Positions 45,321 through 53,652 of a stretch of DNA of 57,318 nt are shown here, in pieces. A model generated the notes under the pieces. It saw nothing but the letters and a program-made list of their open reading frames with translations. It was not told the origin of the DNA and did not search any database. Positions within the stretch are counted from its first letter, which is position 1; each line of letters opens with the position of its first letter. Source of the DNA: an uncultured Candidatus Saccharibacteria bacterium (lineage in GTDB: Bacteria > Patescibacteriota > Minisyncoccia > Phycocordibacterales > EsbW-18); NCBI GenBank assembly GCA_964608145.1, contig CAZSMD010000001.1:1-57318 (forward strand), given 5' to 3'. The position numbers and the translations under genes were made by a program.

Positions 45321-46172
45321 TTATAGGTTCTCCAGCGGGAGCGCGCACAAGCGGTTCGCCTCGGCAAGCACCGTGTCTACTTTCTTGCCTGATATGCCTG
45401 CAACTTCAAGAATATTCGGGTTTTCGGTAACCGTTTTACACAGAACAACCCCGCGCTCGTAGAGAATCGCCTTTTCCTTGCCGGTCAAAGACGTGAGACA
45501 TGAGAGCGGGTGCAGGCCGGACTCTTCGATGAGATCCTGCATGTTTCCTTTCGACGGATACCCCCATCCGATCATGCGAATATCAACGCACTTGCCGTAA
45601 CGGATGGCGTTCTCGGTAAATTTCGTATTTGTGACAAGCCATGACTGGCATGTGCCGCCTTTGGGGCAAAGCCCCGAAAAATCACGCGCCTGCAGATCGA
45701 GAAAACGCGCATGGATATACAGCGCAACTTTTACGTCAGTCTTGAATCCCTGGGCATTGTGAAATTTTGCTTCAACAAGAATGAGCTCTTTGTCGTTCTT
45801 CGCGACCACGTCCACTTCGTGTGTAACGCAGTGACCCTTGAGCGTTTCCCCGACTTTCACCTGGTATCCTTTTTGCTTAAAAATTTCTCCGAGTAATTTC
45901 TCAAAGGGAAATCCGGACGGACCTAAATCAAGCACTGCGCGGCGGAGCGAATACCGCGCGGCAACCGGCGCGTCAGAATGTTTTTTGAGCAGTCGGCGCG
46001 CGTGCTGATAAATCTCCGATGTTGTCATGCCGTCACGCAGCTGTTTTTCAATCTGCGAAACAATTGTCTCTGCAGTATCAGAGGCTGCACCCGAACGCAC
46101 TAAAGAGCTCACCAGTTTTTGGGGAGCAAAGGGTTCGAATGTTCCGTCTATTTTTCGAATCAGCGGTTCCAT
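45321..46172 (-). CDS. ATP-cone domain fused to an Mrr-like restriction-endonuclease (PD-(D/E)XK) domain
   Basis: N-terminal IRKIDGTFEPFAPQKLVSSLVRSG (ATP-cone). FEKLLGEIFKQKGY...HEVDVVAKNDKELILVEAKF gives the D...E-x-K core. Confidence 0.75.
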   Translation of the reverse strand: MEPLIRKIDGTFEPFAPQKLVSSLVRSGAASDTAETIVSQIEKQLRDGMTTSEIYQHARRLLKKHSDAPVAARYSLRRAVLDLGPSGFPFEKLLGEIFKQKGYQVKVGETLKGHCVTHEVDVVAKNDKELILVEAKFHNAQGFKTDVKVALYIHARFLDLQARDFSGLCPKGGTCQSWLVTNTKFTENAIRYGKCVDIRMIGWGYPSKGNMQDLIEESGLHPLSCLTSLTGKEKAILYERGVVLCKTVTENPNILEVAGISGKKVDTVLAEANRLCALPLENL

Positions 46173-46189
46173 CCCGTTGAGTATACCAC

Positions 46190-47290
46190 TTATTCGGCTT
46201 GTGTAGACTGGATAATTCCCCCGCCGACGACTTCTTCGCCCGAATAGATGACCACAGACTGCCCCGGCGCAACTGCGGTCTGAGGAGTGTCAAAACGAAT
46301 GGAAGTGCCTGATGCTGTCTCCTCGATACGGCACCCGAAGAGCAGCTGCCGGTAACGGAACCTGCACGTATACGGGATGTGCGTGTCGGGAGTCTCCCCT
46401 GAAACCCATGCAACGGATTGAAGAGCGACGTGGGAAACCGCGTGACTGTTATCCGTGCCGCCGCGTTCATGGGAAACGGTGAGTGTATTTTTTTTGATAT
46501 CTTTCGCAATAACGTACCACGGTCCGTCATTCGGACCCTTCTTTGTTACCGTAAATCCGTGCCTCTCGCCGAGCGTGTAGAGAAGCGCACCGTCATGCGT
46601 GCCAATCGCCTCGCCTGCTTCGTTCACGACTTCGCCGGGTTTTGCCTCAATGTAGTGAGTCAAAAACTCTTTCATTTCCACGTGTCCGAGAAAACACACA
46701 CCCTGGCTGTCCTTTTTTGTCGCAACCGGAAGACCGAAGTCTTTTGCGAGAGCCCGCACCTCCGGTTTTGTGAGATTGCCTACAGGAAACATGACGTGTG
46801 CCAACACATCCTGGGGCAGCGTCCAGAGAAAATAACTTTGATCTTTATTTGCATCAACACCTGCCAGCAGTTTTGCCTCCGGCATGTGGTGCTTGGCGCT
46901 TGGCGCTTTCTGCTGAGTACGGGCGTAATGACCTGTCGCAATCATGTCCGCTCCTTTTTCCCGCGCATAGTCGAAAAACGCACCGAATTTGATATACCGG
47001 TTGCACATAACATCGGGGTTCGGCGTCCGTCCGGCTTTGTACTCTGCAATCATGTAATCGGCAACATCACGCTTGTACTCCGCTTCAAGATCGAGCGTTT
47101 CAAACGGAATACCGAGATGCGCGCACACGCGCATTGCGTCGTGCCGTTCAGAACGCCAGTCGCACGCCAAAAAATCCGGGTGCCACGTTTTGATGAAAAC
47201 ACCCGTCACTGTGTGCCCTGCCTCTTTGAGGAGCGCGGCGGAAACCGAACTATCCACACCCCCGCTCATGCCGACATATACATTGCTCAT
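46190..47290 (-). CDS. mnmA: tRNA 2-thiouridine(34) synthase
   Basis: MSNVYVGMSGGVDSSVSAALL PP-loop, then GHYAR...KDQSYFL. Start trimmed to M26. Confidence 0.94.
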   Translation of the reverse strand: MSNVYVGMSGGVDSSVSAALLKEAGHTVTGVFIKTWHPDFLACDWRSERHDAMRVCAHLGIPFETLDLEAEYKRDVADYMIAEYKAGRTPNPDVMCNRYIKFGAFFDYAREKGADMIATGHYARTQQKAPSAKHHMPEAKLLAGVDANKDQSYFLWTLPQDVLAHVMFPVGNLTKPEVRALAKDFGLPVATKKDSQGVCFLGHVEMKEFLTHYIEAKPGEVVNEAGEAIGTHDGALLYTLGERHGFTVTKKGPNDGPWYVIAKDIKKNTLTVSHERGGTDNSHAVSHVALQSVAWVSGETPDTHIPYTCRFRYRQLLFGCRIEETASGTSIRFDTPQTAVAPGQSVVIYSGEEVVGGGIIQSTQAE

Positions 47291-47344
47291 AGGCGGGAGC
47301 AGTATAGCAGACGTATTGACTTTTTTCAGTATGCGTAGCAGGAT

Positions 47345-47436
47345 GGTATCCAGACAGCGGGACATATCCGAGCCCTGGTTCCCGCACGCGGCCTTCTGCT
47401 TTCTTCAGCCGCGCATCTCACCGGAGCTCGATAATA
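47345..47436 (+). ncRNA. candidate structured leader or small RNA ending at an orphan terminator upstream of def
   Basis: ORF-free. Closing helix GGUAUC/GAUAAUACC. Hairpins 47357-47385 (GCGGGA/UCCCGC) and 47387-47413 (CGCGGC/GCCGCG, pyrimidine-rich loop). Possible loop-to-3' pairing CGAGC/GCUCG. Confidence 0.4.
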
Positions 47437-47479
47437 CCCCTCAGTGGTACTCCCTCCACTGCTGGGGGGTCTTTTTTTA
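47437..47479 (+). terminator. intrinsic terminator with no upstream plus-strand gene
   Basis: CCCCUCAGUGG UACUCCCU CCACUGCUGGGG followed by GGUCUUUUUUU. Confidence 0.7.
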
Positions 47480-47515
47480 GGAACACAAAAGACAATTGTT
47501 TTGTATACTGGAACC

Positions 47516-48025
47516 ATGGTTGCTATCGTCCAAAAAGAAAATCCCGTACTCCGCCAGACCGCAGGCACCGTCTCGGAAAAAGATTTTGGAACCAAAAAAC
47601 TCCTTGAAATCATCGGGCGAATGAAACAGGCGCTCGCGTCACAGGAAGACGGTGTTGCGATTGCCGCTCCGCAAATCGGCCTGCCGCTGCGCATTTTTGT
47701 TGTGTCAGGAAAAATGTTTCAAAAGGACGAGACGCCGGCCCCCGACCGCGTCTTCATCAACCCGGAGATTACAAAAACGTCAAAAGATAAAGCGTGGATG
47801 GAAGAAGGGTGTCTCTCGGTACGGTGGCAGTACGGCGAAGTCTACCGCTACAAAAAAGCCACTGTCCGGGCGTATGACGAGCACGGCAACCTTTTCACGT
47901 TGGGCGGCAGCGGCATCCTCGCACAGATTTTTCAGCACGAGACAGACCACTTGAACGGCATCTTGTTTACTGATACTGCACGAAATGTCCATGACATTCC
48001 TCCAGAAGAACCCCATGACAACTAA
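47516..48025 (+). CDS. def: peptide deformylase
   Basis: GVAIAAPQIG, EGCLS, QHETDHLNG motifs. ATG lies 6 nt after TATACT (47504-47509), so the mRNA is probably leaderless. Confidence 0.94.
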   Translation: MVAIVQKENPVLRQTAGTVSEKDFGTKKLLEIIGRMKQALASQEDGVAIAAPQIGLPLRIFVVSGKMFQKDETPAPDRVFINPEITKTSKDKAWMEEGCLSVRWQYGEVYRYKKATVRAYDEHGNLFTLGGSGILAQIFQHETDHLNGILFTDTARNVHDIPPEEPHDN

Positions 48026-48881
48026 GCCTTCCTTCGTTTTTTTCGGCACACCGGACATCGCAGTTGCCGCGCTTGACGCGCTCCTTGAAGCGGGGCTCAT
48101 ACCCGAACTCGTTGTTACCGCACCCGATGCACCGCAAGGACGGGGTCTCACGCTTACTCCGCCGCCGGTCAAACTATGGGCAGAAGCACATTCGATTCCC
48201 GTGATTCAGCCGCTGAAGCTTTCTGACAAAACATTCCTCGCAAAGCTTCGCGGGAAACCGTACGATGCGTTCGTGCTTGTCGCCTACGGAAAAATAATTC
48301 CCGAATCTGTTCTTGCTGTCCCCCGCATGGGTACTCTCAACATGCACCCGTCGCTTCTTCCGAACTATCGCGGCCCGTCCCCTATCGAATCACAGATTCT
48401 CGGAGAGAAGGACGCTGACGGTGTCGGCGTATCCGTCATGCTGCTTGACGCGGAGATGGATCACGGCCCTCTCCTCGCACAGCAAACGGCGGCGCTTCCG
48501 TCCTGGCCCATCGGCGCACGCGCGCTTCGCGAAACGCTCGCGCGCTTGGGCGGCACACTTCTTGCGAAGACCCTCCCCGAATACCTCGCCGGCAACATAA
48601 AACCGCACGAGCAAAATCACGCTCTGGCGACATACTGCAAAAAAATTCAAAAAAATGATGCGCACATTGACCTCTCCGGCGATGTAGAAAAAAATTACCG
48701 CATGATACTCGCCTATGAGGTGTGGCCGCGCGCGTACTTCACAAAAAACCGCAACGGAAAAGAAATACGCGTCATCATCACGAAAGCGACGCGCACAAAT
48801 GACGCGCTCGTCATCGAGCGCGTCATCCCTGAAGGGAAAAAAGAAATGACGTACGAAGAATTTTTGGCAGGACTACACTAA
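48015..48881 (+). CDS. fmt: methionyl-tRNA formyltransferase
   Basis: FVFFGTPDIAV...LNMHPSLLPNYRGPSPI. Start trimmed to MTTKPS, overlapping the def end. Confidence 0.93.
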   Translation: MTTKPSFVFFGTPDIAVAALDALLEAGLIPELVVTAPDAPQGRGLTLTPPPVKLWAEAHSIPVIQPLKLSDKTFLAKLRGKPYDAFVLVAYGKIIPESVLAVPRMGTLNMHPSLLPNYRGPSPIESQILGEKDADGVGVSVMLLDAEMDHGPLLAQQTAALPSWPIGARALRETLARLGGTLLAKTLPEYLAGNIKPHEQNHALATYCKKIQKNDAHIDLSGDVEKNYRMILAYEVWPRAYFTKNRNGKEIRVIITKATRTNDALVIERVIPEGKKEMTYEEFLAGLH

Positions 48882-48884
48882 TTC

Positions 48885-49259
48885 CTACTCCTCATTCTCG
48901 GCCCGTCCGAGCATGCGCTTGAACAAACGCTGCCCGCGGCGCACCAGGCTTACTTTCTTATCCTTTCGGTCACGAATTTCATCCATAAGCTCGTCCTTCG
49001 CACGGTCGATAGACGCGTACAAATCAGCTTCTTCAATTTCAATACGGAATGAACCTTGTTTTGATACCAGATTTATCTCCGTGCGAAATACGTTTCCGGA
49101 CTGGTGGTGTTTTGTCGTTTGCCCCACTTCGACATCCGCGTGTGCGGTTGTGTCACTCGCGGGAATAAGCTTATCAACGTGTGCTACTTTTTCCTCCACG
49201 TACGCACGAATCGCCGGGGTTAATTCAATCCCGGTTGCTTTTATAGTTATGTGTATCAT
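48885..49259 (-). CDS. hpf: ribosome hibernation promoting factor (short HPF/RaiA type)
   Basis: MIHITIKATGIELTPAIRAYVEEKVAHVDKL...DLYASIDRAKDELMDEI. Confidence 0.88.
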   Translation of the reverse strand: MIHITIKATGIELTPAIRAYVEEKVAHVDKLIPASDTTAHADVEVGQTTKHHQSGNVFRTEINLVSKQGSFRIEIEEADLYASIDRAKDELMDEIRDRKDKKVSLVRRGQRLFKRMLGRAENEE

Positions 49260-49316
49260 GCCCCAAGTATACCAAAGAAACATCGGCCGCTTCAACGCAC
49301 AACCGCTTGATACCTG

Positions 49317-49814
49317 TTACCGGGCTGACGGGGTGTTAATTTCCTTTTCTGCTTCAGTCGCAAGCTCAAGGAGTACGGCTATATCTGCAGGTCCCATGCT
49401 TCTTGGTTTTGTGTCCTTAATACAAAACACACCGACGGGAAGCCCGCTTTTCTTGTCGTAGAGAGAAACTCCGGCGTAAAAACGGATATGGGGAGCGCCG
49501 ATAACCTGCGGATTATCCCTGAAACGTTCGTCTTTAAGCGTATCCTCAACAATAAATACCGTATCGGCAAGCATTGCATGCCCGCAGAATGAACTCGTGC
49601 GGGGCGCTTCTTTGATATCTAGTCCCTGGCAGGACTTGAACCACTCGCGATCCTTGTCGACAAGCGTAATTGTTGATATCGGTGCACCAAGTTTTTCTAT
49701 CGCCGCTTTGGTGATGCGGTCAAATCGTTCTTCCGGTTCGGTGTCGAGCAGTGCGAGACCGTGGACGGCTTCGAGGCGTGCATCTTCCTGTGGGTGAAGG
49801 GGTGCTGGTTGCAT
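49317..49814 (-). CDS. stand-alone GAF domain protein
   Basis: EDARLEAVHGLALLDTEPEERFDRITKAAIEKLGAPISTITLVD...FCGHA...FYAGVSL. Confidence 0.8.
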   Translation of the reverse strand: MQPAPLHPQEDARLEAVHGLALLDTEPEERFDRITKAAIEKLGAPISTITLVDKDREWFKSCQGLDIKEAPRTSSFCGHAMLADTVFIVEDTLKDERFRDNPQVIGAPHIRFYAGVSLYDKKSGLPVGVFCIKDTKPRSMGPADIAVLLELATEAEKEINTPSAR

Positions 49815-49823
49815 GAGTTCGAG

Positions 49824-50321
49824 TTATTTTGTATGCGCACTTTTTTGTTTGCTGTTCCCGTTTATTTTTTGGGTCATTGCAAAGAAATATTTGATTGTGC
49901 CGTCCCGGTCAAGAATCGGCGAAATGCGCAGAATCGCATCGTACAGTTCTCCGTCTTTCCGTTTGTTTGTAACGCGCACGACAACCGCTTTTTTCAAATC
50001 TTTTATCTCATGCCAGAGACGCACATAAAATTCTTTTGGCATCTGCGTGCCCCACAATGACGGCCGCTGCCCGATAATCTCGTCGAGGTCGAAGCCGGTG
50101 ATATCAGCCGTTTTTTGATTGGCATACAAAATAACGCCCTCCGCATCGGTGAGGACGACCTGGTCGCCAAATTCTTCAAAAAGAGAGTTTAGTTTTCCAC
50201 ACCGCGTGCACTTTATTTCAAGTGACGCACTAAAAATGTCTCCCCTCGCAAGTAGTTTTCCGCACTCGAGACAACGATATTCACTGAACACTGGGCGTCC
50301 TTCTGTCGAAGACATAATCAT
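49824..50321 (-). CDS. Com-like zinc ribbon fused to a PAS domain, no output domain
   Basis: CLECGKLL...CTRCGKLN, then VVLTDAEGVILYANQKTADITGFDLDEIIGQ...KDGELYDAILRISPILDRDG. Confidence 0.75.
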   Translation of the reverse strand: MIMSSTEGRPVFSEYRCLECGKLLARGDIFSASLEIKCTRCGKLNSLFEEFGDQVVLTDAEGVILYANQKTADITGFDLDEIIGQRPSLWGTQMPKEFYVRLWHEIKDLKKAVVVRVTNKRKDGELYDAILRISPILDRDGTIKYFFAMTQKINGNSKQKSAHTK

Positions 50322-50429
50322 CCCAGAGCCTCGAGGGCTTCTTTTTTGGGCTACGAATAATCATACCGATGGGTATAAAAAAATAAAGTCACTCTGTGAA
50401 CAACTCCGGAAAAAACGGCGCAGGGACAA

Positions 50430-51311
50430 CTAATCAAAAAAATCGAGGAGGTATTCGTCTATGACGCGCTGATCAACGTCGTAGAAATGCAGATCTTTTT
50501 TGTCTAGGTATCGTGCCAGATCACGGCTCACAAAGCGCCAATGCCACGGCTCAAACTGGTAGTATGCATTCCCTTCAGGATATGAGAGCACGAAGCCATA
50601 CCGATATGCGTTTTTAAGCAGCCATGTATACGCGGGAGTATTCTGAAATCCGTCGAGGCCGCCGTTTATGCCGGTTGTCGTAAAGTCAACCGTTGTGCCA
50701 AGCTGGTGTTCTGAGTAACCCTGGTCAGCCGAAAAGGCATTCGCGCCTGAACCGTAGGTCACACTGTACCCTGTTTTGAGTGATGCCTGTGTGCCGAACG
50801 AACGGTATGCAGAGCGGACATACAACGTGACGCCGTCGTCCGCCGCGTCTTCAATCATGTCTTCGAGATAATTTCGAATGTCGCGGTGAATCTGCTGCGG
50901 AGTATTCTCGTCATAGAGATAGGCTTCATCGATATCAACAAGCTTTGAGGGTTCGTAGTGTTCGTTCAGGAAAAACACTTTCGAATATTTCTGCAGCAGC
51001 TCCTTGTCTATCTCGGCAAGTTTCTCCAAATCGCCGACAGTGCCCGTCAGATCTTCCACCTGCTCACCAAGTGCGCGAAGCCGTTCTTGCTCCGCTTGCA
51101 ACGATTCAAGCAAATGCGCGCTCGTCAGTCGCTCGTTTTCAAGAGCACTTGTTGTCGATGCGAGTTCGCCTTCAGCCCACGTTACGTATGTGCGCAGTGT
51201 CGCATTCGCGTTATAGAGCCACCAGAAACCGAAGGCGCATACCGCAAGAAAAAAACCCGCAAACGTCGCTACTGTGTTTCGAGCCTTATTGTCCGTAAAA
51301 AACTGCTGCAT
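50430..51311 (-). CDS. M15-family D-alanyl-D-alanine carboxypeptidase (VanY-like) with TM and coiled-coil N-terminus
   Basis: SAYRSFGTQ...SEHQLGTTVDF...EPWHWRF. Start trimmed to MQQFFTDNK. TATACT lies 9 nt upstream of the ATG. Confidence 0.85.
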   Translation of the reverse strand: MQQFFTDNKARNTVATFAGFFLAVCAFGFWWLYNANATLRTYVTWAEGELASTTSALENERLTSAHLLESLQAEQERLRALGEQVEDLTGTVGDLEKLAEIDKELLQKYSKVFFLNEHYEPSKLVDIDEAYLYDENTPQQIHRDIRNYLEDMIEDAADDGVTLYVRSAYRSFGTQASLKTGYSVTYGSGANAFSADQGYSEHQLGTTVDFTTTGINGGLDGFQNTPAYTWLLKNAYRYGFVLSYPEGNAYYQFEPWHWRFVSRDLARYLDKKDLHFYDVDQRVIDEYLLDFFD

Positions 51312-51390
51312 GGATTCCGTAGTATAGCACGGCGGTTTTAGGAAGAAGCACCCGCCTTTCCACTTGTGTATCCCCCGCATACGGCACCAA

Positions 51391-51423
51391 AACAAAAAGA
51401 AAAACCCGCAACCACTTCGGGTT
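51391..51423 (-). terminator. intrinsic terminator after the 126-aa ORF
   Basis: Minus strand AACCCG AAGUGGUUG CGGGUU followed by UUUCUUUUUGUUUU. Confidence 0.7.
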
Positions 51424-51802
51424 ACGAGTCCTCAGAAACAGTTTCCTCAGTTGTTTCGGGCGGGGGCCAGGAAAGGAAGATCTTGATCTCGTCCGGCAAA
51501 CACCCATTCCGCACCGGCTCGAAGACCATGACCATAGCAAGCCCTTTGACCGGAATTCTCTCCAAGAATTCAAAGAATTTCCTGTGCACGAGGAGAAATT
51601 TGCTCTCAGTAATTTCTCCGCCATTCGGAGCGTAATCAAGCCCCTTGTAGAGAGTGACACCGAGATCAAGTTCCAGCATTCCATGTGCGCGGGCACGGGA
51701 GAGTGCATACAGCACATTCTTTGCCCGGTCAAACAGCCGGTCTTCCTGATCCCTTTCGTACAGCAGACGCTCCTGCCTGTTTCGAAAACCACGCGTAGGC
51801 AC
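51422..51802 (-). CDS. hypothetical protein (126 aa), own transcription unit
   Basis: GTG start 6 nt after GGAGGGAGG. Extended -10 promoter upstream and a terminator downstream. No family recognised. Confidence 0.55.
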   Translation of the reverse strand: MPTRGFRNRQERLLYERDQEDRLFDRAKNVLYALSRARAHGMLELDLGVTLYKGLDYAPNGGEITESKFLLVHRKFFEFLERIPVKGLAMVMVFEPVRNGCLPDEIKIFLSWPPPETTEETVSEDS

Positions 51803-51842
51803 AGAGAACCTCCCTCCACAGTATGAACCGTGTCTGGGAGCG

Positions 51843-51870
51843 ATTATACCACATTTTTTGGAAAAAACAA
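51843..51870 (-). promoter_or_regulatory. promoter TTGTTT-16-(TGG)TATAAT
   Basis: Minus strand TGGTATAAT (51843-51851) is a perfect extended -10. TTGTTT sits at 51865-51870. Confidence 0.55.
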
Positions 51871-51871
51871 A

Positions 51872-53581
51872 TTACAGAACTCGAAGTGAAAGCGGGAGTG
51901 CATAAACGCCAAACCCGCGATTTGCCGCATTGCCGATGACGAAGAACGTGGAAGGTACAACTGCACCGAGCTGTGTCGCTCCGCTGTCAGAGAACATGGG
52001 ATAGGTGAGGTTAAGCGTCCCCCACCCTCCTGTTTTTTGTTCAAGTACAACGGGTTCAGAATGTTTCCAGCTGCCGGGGTCATCGCTTATACGGAGCACC
52101 ACCCGCGCCACATTGGAGTCCGGAATGTATTGCTCCTCGAGAGAAAGGTAATACGGTGTGCCGTCAACACGGGCGACACTAAACCATGTTCCTGAATACG
52201 TCGCGTCAAACAGACATGCCGGCTCTGCAACCGTACTGTCATAAAAATCACGGATTGATGCAATCGAATACCCGTTCGGACGAGCCGCCTGAGAGAATGT
52301 TCCGTCTGCTGCAAGCGTCAAGAATTTTGACGGCAGACCGTTGCCTTTGATACTTGCACGAGCTGCGGTAATACATCCCCATCCCCATGACGGACTGATG
52401 CTCGCGTATAGGTAGAAATATGAGTCATCCTTGAAAAGCGTCGGGTGGTACGGGCCGCCGCCGTTTTCCGCATACGAACGATGGTTCCAGAGCACCGGGC
52501 CAATATCGTGCGGCGTTTCGCCGTTGAGAAAATCATTCTTCTCCCACCAGACAATATTTGCGAACGAAGCAAACTGCGTCCAACAGTTCTGCCAGACACC
52601 ATTTGCGTCATACCCGGCAACGCAATCCGAATCAACATCCTCTTTAACCGTGTTGAGATACGTCTCCGAGCCGCGGCGGATATTCTGGTTCTCACCGTGG
52701 ACAACGCCGACGACTTTGTCTTTTGAAGAAACCGCCGCAAGAATGCCTCCGTACGAACGCCGCCACGGCGCTTCATCATCGGCGTCATTTTCGTATTGTG
52801 CCTCACCTGTCGCTGAAACCCCTGTCATGAGATCTTCCATAAGCACGGTGTCGCAGTCAGAAAAATAGATGCTCTGGTTGAGGTAGTTCGCCGTCGAACG
52901 ACATACGTTTGAGAATGAGGTTGAGAGCAGGTACGAACGTTCATTGCCGTTCTTGAGGATAACGCGCGGAGGCAGTTCACTCGGATATCCGTATTGCCGG
53001 GCTTCGAGCATGTCGAGCGCCCCCTGCGAAACACATGCGACGACGACGCCGTCTTGAGTCAGCGCTGATTCTCCCGCGGAACAGCCGGCAGTGGTCGTTG
53101 TCGTTGTTGTCCCCGTCGACGGTGGTGTCGTCGTGCCTGCAGGCGGAGTTGTCGGGGGCGTTGTCGGAGGTGTTGTTGGAGGAGTCGTCGGGGGATCTTG
53201 ATCAGTTGGCGGATCCTGGTCGGTTGCCGGAGGTGTTGTCGGCGGCAAAGTTACACCTGGTTTTGTTGTCCCCCAAATATCAATTGTCGGGCGCGAGAAC
53301 GTCGTAACACTTTCCGTTGCAGGAACAACCATGACTGATGTTCTTGAAATCGTTGCCGTAGCCGAGGATGCATTTCGAAAACTGTTTTTGACAATCCGGA
53401 CACCACGCTCAAGCGTTGAAAGAAAATCCTGCACAAAAGCAACCACTGCCGAAGTTTCCGCATCAGCAACGGCAGCACTCACGCGGATTGTCGGTCCGGC
53501 AAAAGAAACCGCCGGAATGCTTGCCAAAAAAATAAAAGCAACCGCGTACTGCGTTGCTGCCCTCATGAATCCTTTTTTCAT
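51872..53581 (-). CDS. large secreted protein: signal peptide, ~130-aa N-domain, Pro/Thr-rich linker, ~400-aa C-terminal domain of unknown function
   Basis: MKKGFMRAATQYAVAFIFLASIPAVSFA signal peptide. Linker PPTTPPATDQDPPTDQDPPTTPPTTPPTTPPTTPPAGTTTPPSTGTTTTTTTAG. Start trimmed to M71. Confidence 0.7.
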   Translation of the reverse strand: MKKGFMRAATQYAVAFIFLASIPAVSFAGPTIRVSAAVADAETSAVVAFVQDFLSTLERGVRIVKNSFRNASSATATISRTSVMVVPATESVTTFSRPTIDIWGTTKPGVTLPPTTPPATDQDPPTDQDPPTTPPTTPPTTPPTTPPAGTTTPPSTGTTTTTTTAGCSAGESALTQDGVVVACVSQGALDMLEARQYGYPSELPPRVILKNGNERSYLLSTSFSNVCRSTANYLNQSIYFSDCDTVLMEDLMTGVSATGEAQYENDADDEAPWRRSYGGILAAVSSKDKVVGVVHGENQNIRRGSETYLNTVKEDVDSDCVAGYDANGVWQNCWTQFASFANIVWWEKNDFLNGETPHDIGPVLWNHRSYAENGGGPYHPTLFKDDSYFYLYASISPSWGWGCITAARASIKGNGLPSKFLTLAADGTFSQAARPNGYSIASIRDFYDSTVAEPACLFDATYSGTWFSVARVDGTPYYLSLEEQYIPDSNVARVVLRISDDPGSWKHSEPVVLEQKTGGWGTLNLTYPMFSDSGATQLGAVVPSTFFVIGNAANRGFGVYALPLSLRVL

Positions 53582-53652
53582 AAAATAGTTACTGCTAGAA
53601 GCACGATGTATATACCCAAGGGTACACCCAAAAAAGAATGCGGCAAAGATTT

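Noticed and set aside
47437-47460. T-box riboswitch interpretation of the RNA upstream of def, based on a GUGGUAC match to the T-box core.
   Set aside because: The heptamer lies in the 5' arm and loop of the terminator rather than in an antiterminator bulge. There is no Stem I, specifier loop or K-turn. A 7-mer match is expected by chance several times in a window this size.
53100-53260. Possible CRISPR-like or tandem-repeat array.
   Set aside because: The repeats are short, imperfect and in-frame. They encode the Pro/Thr linker of the secreted protein. There is no repeat-spacer periodicity and no cas genes. No CRISPR array is seen anywhere in the window.
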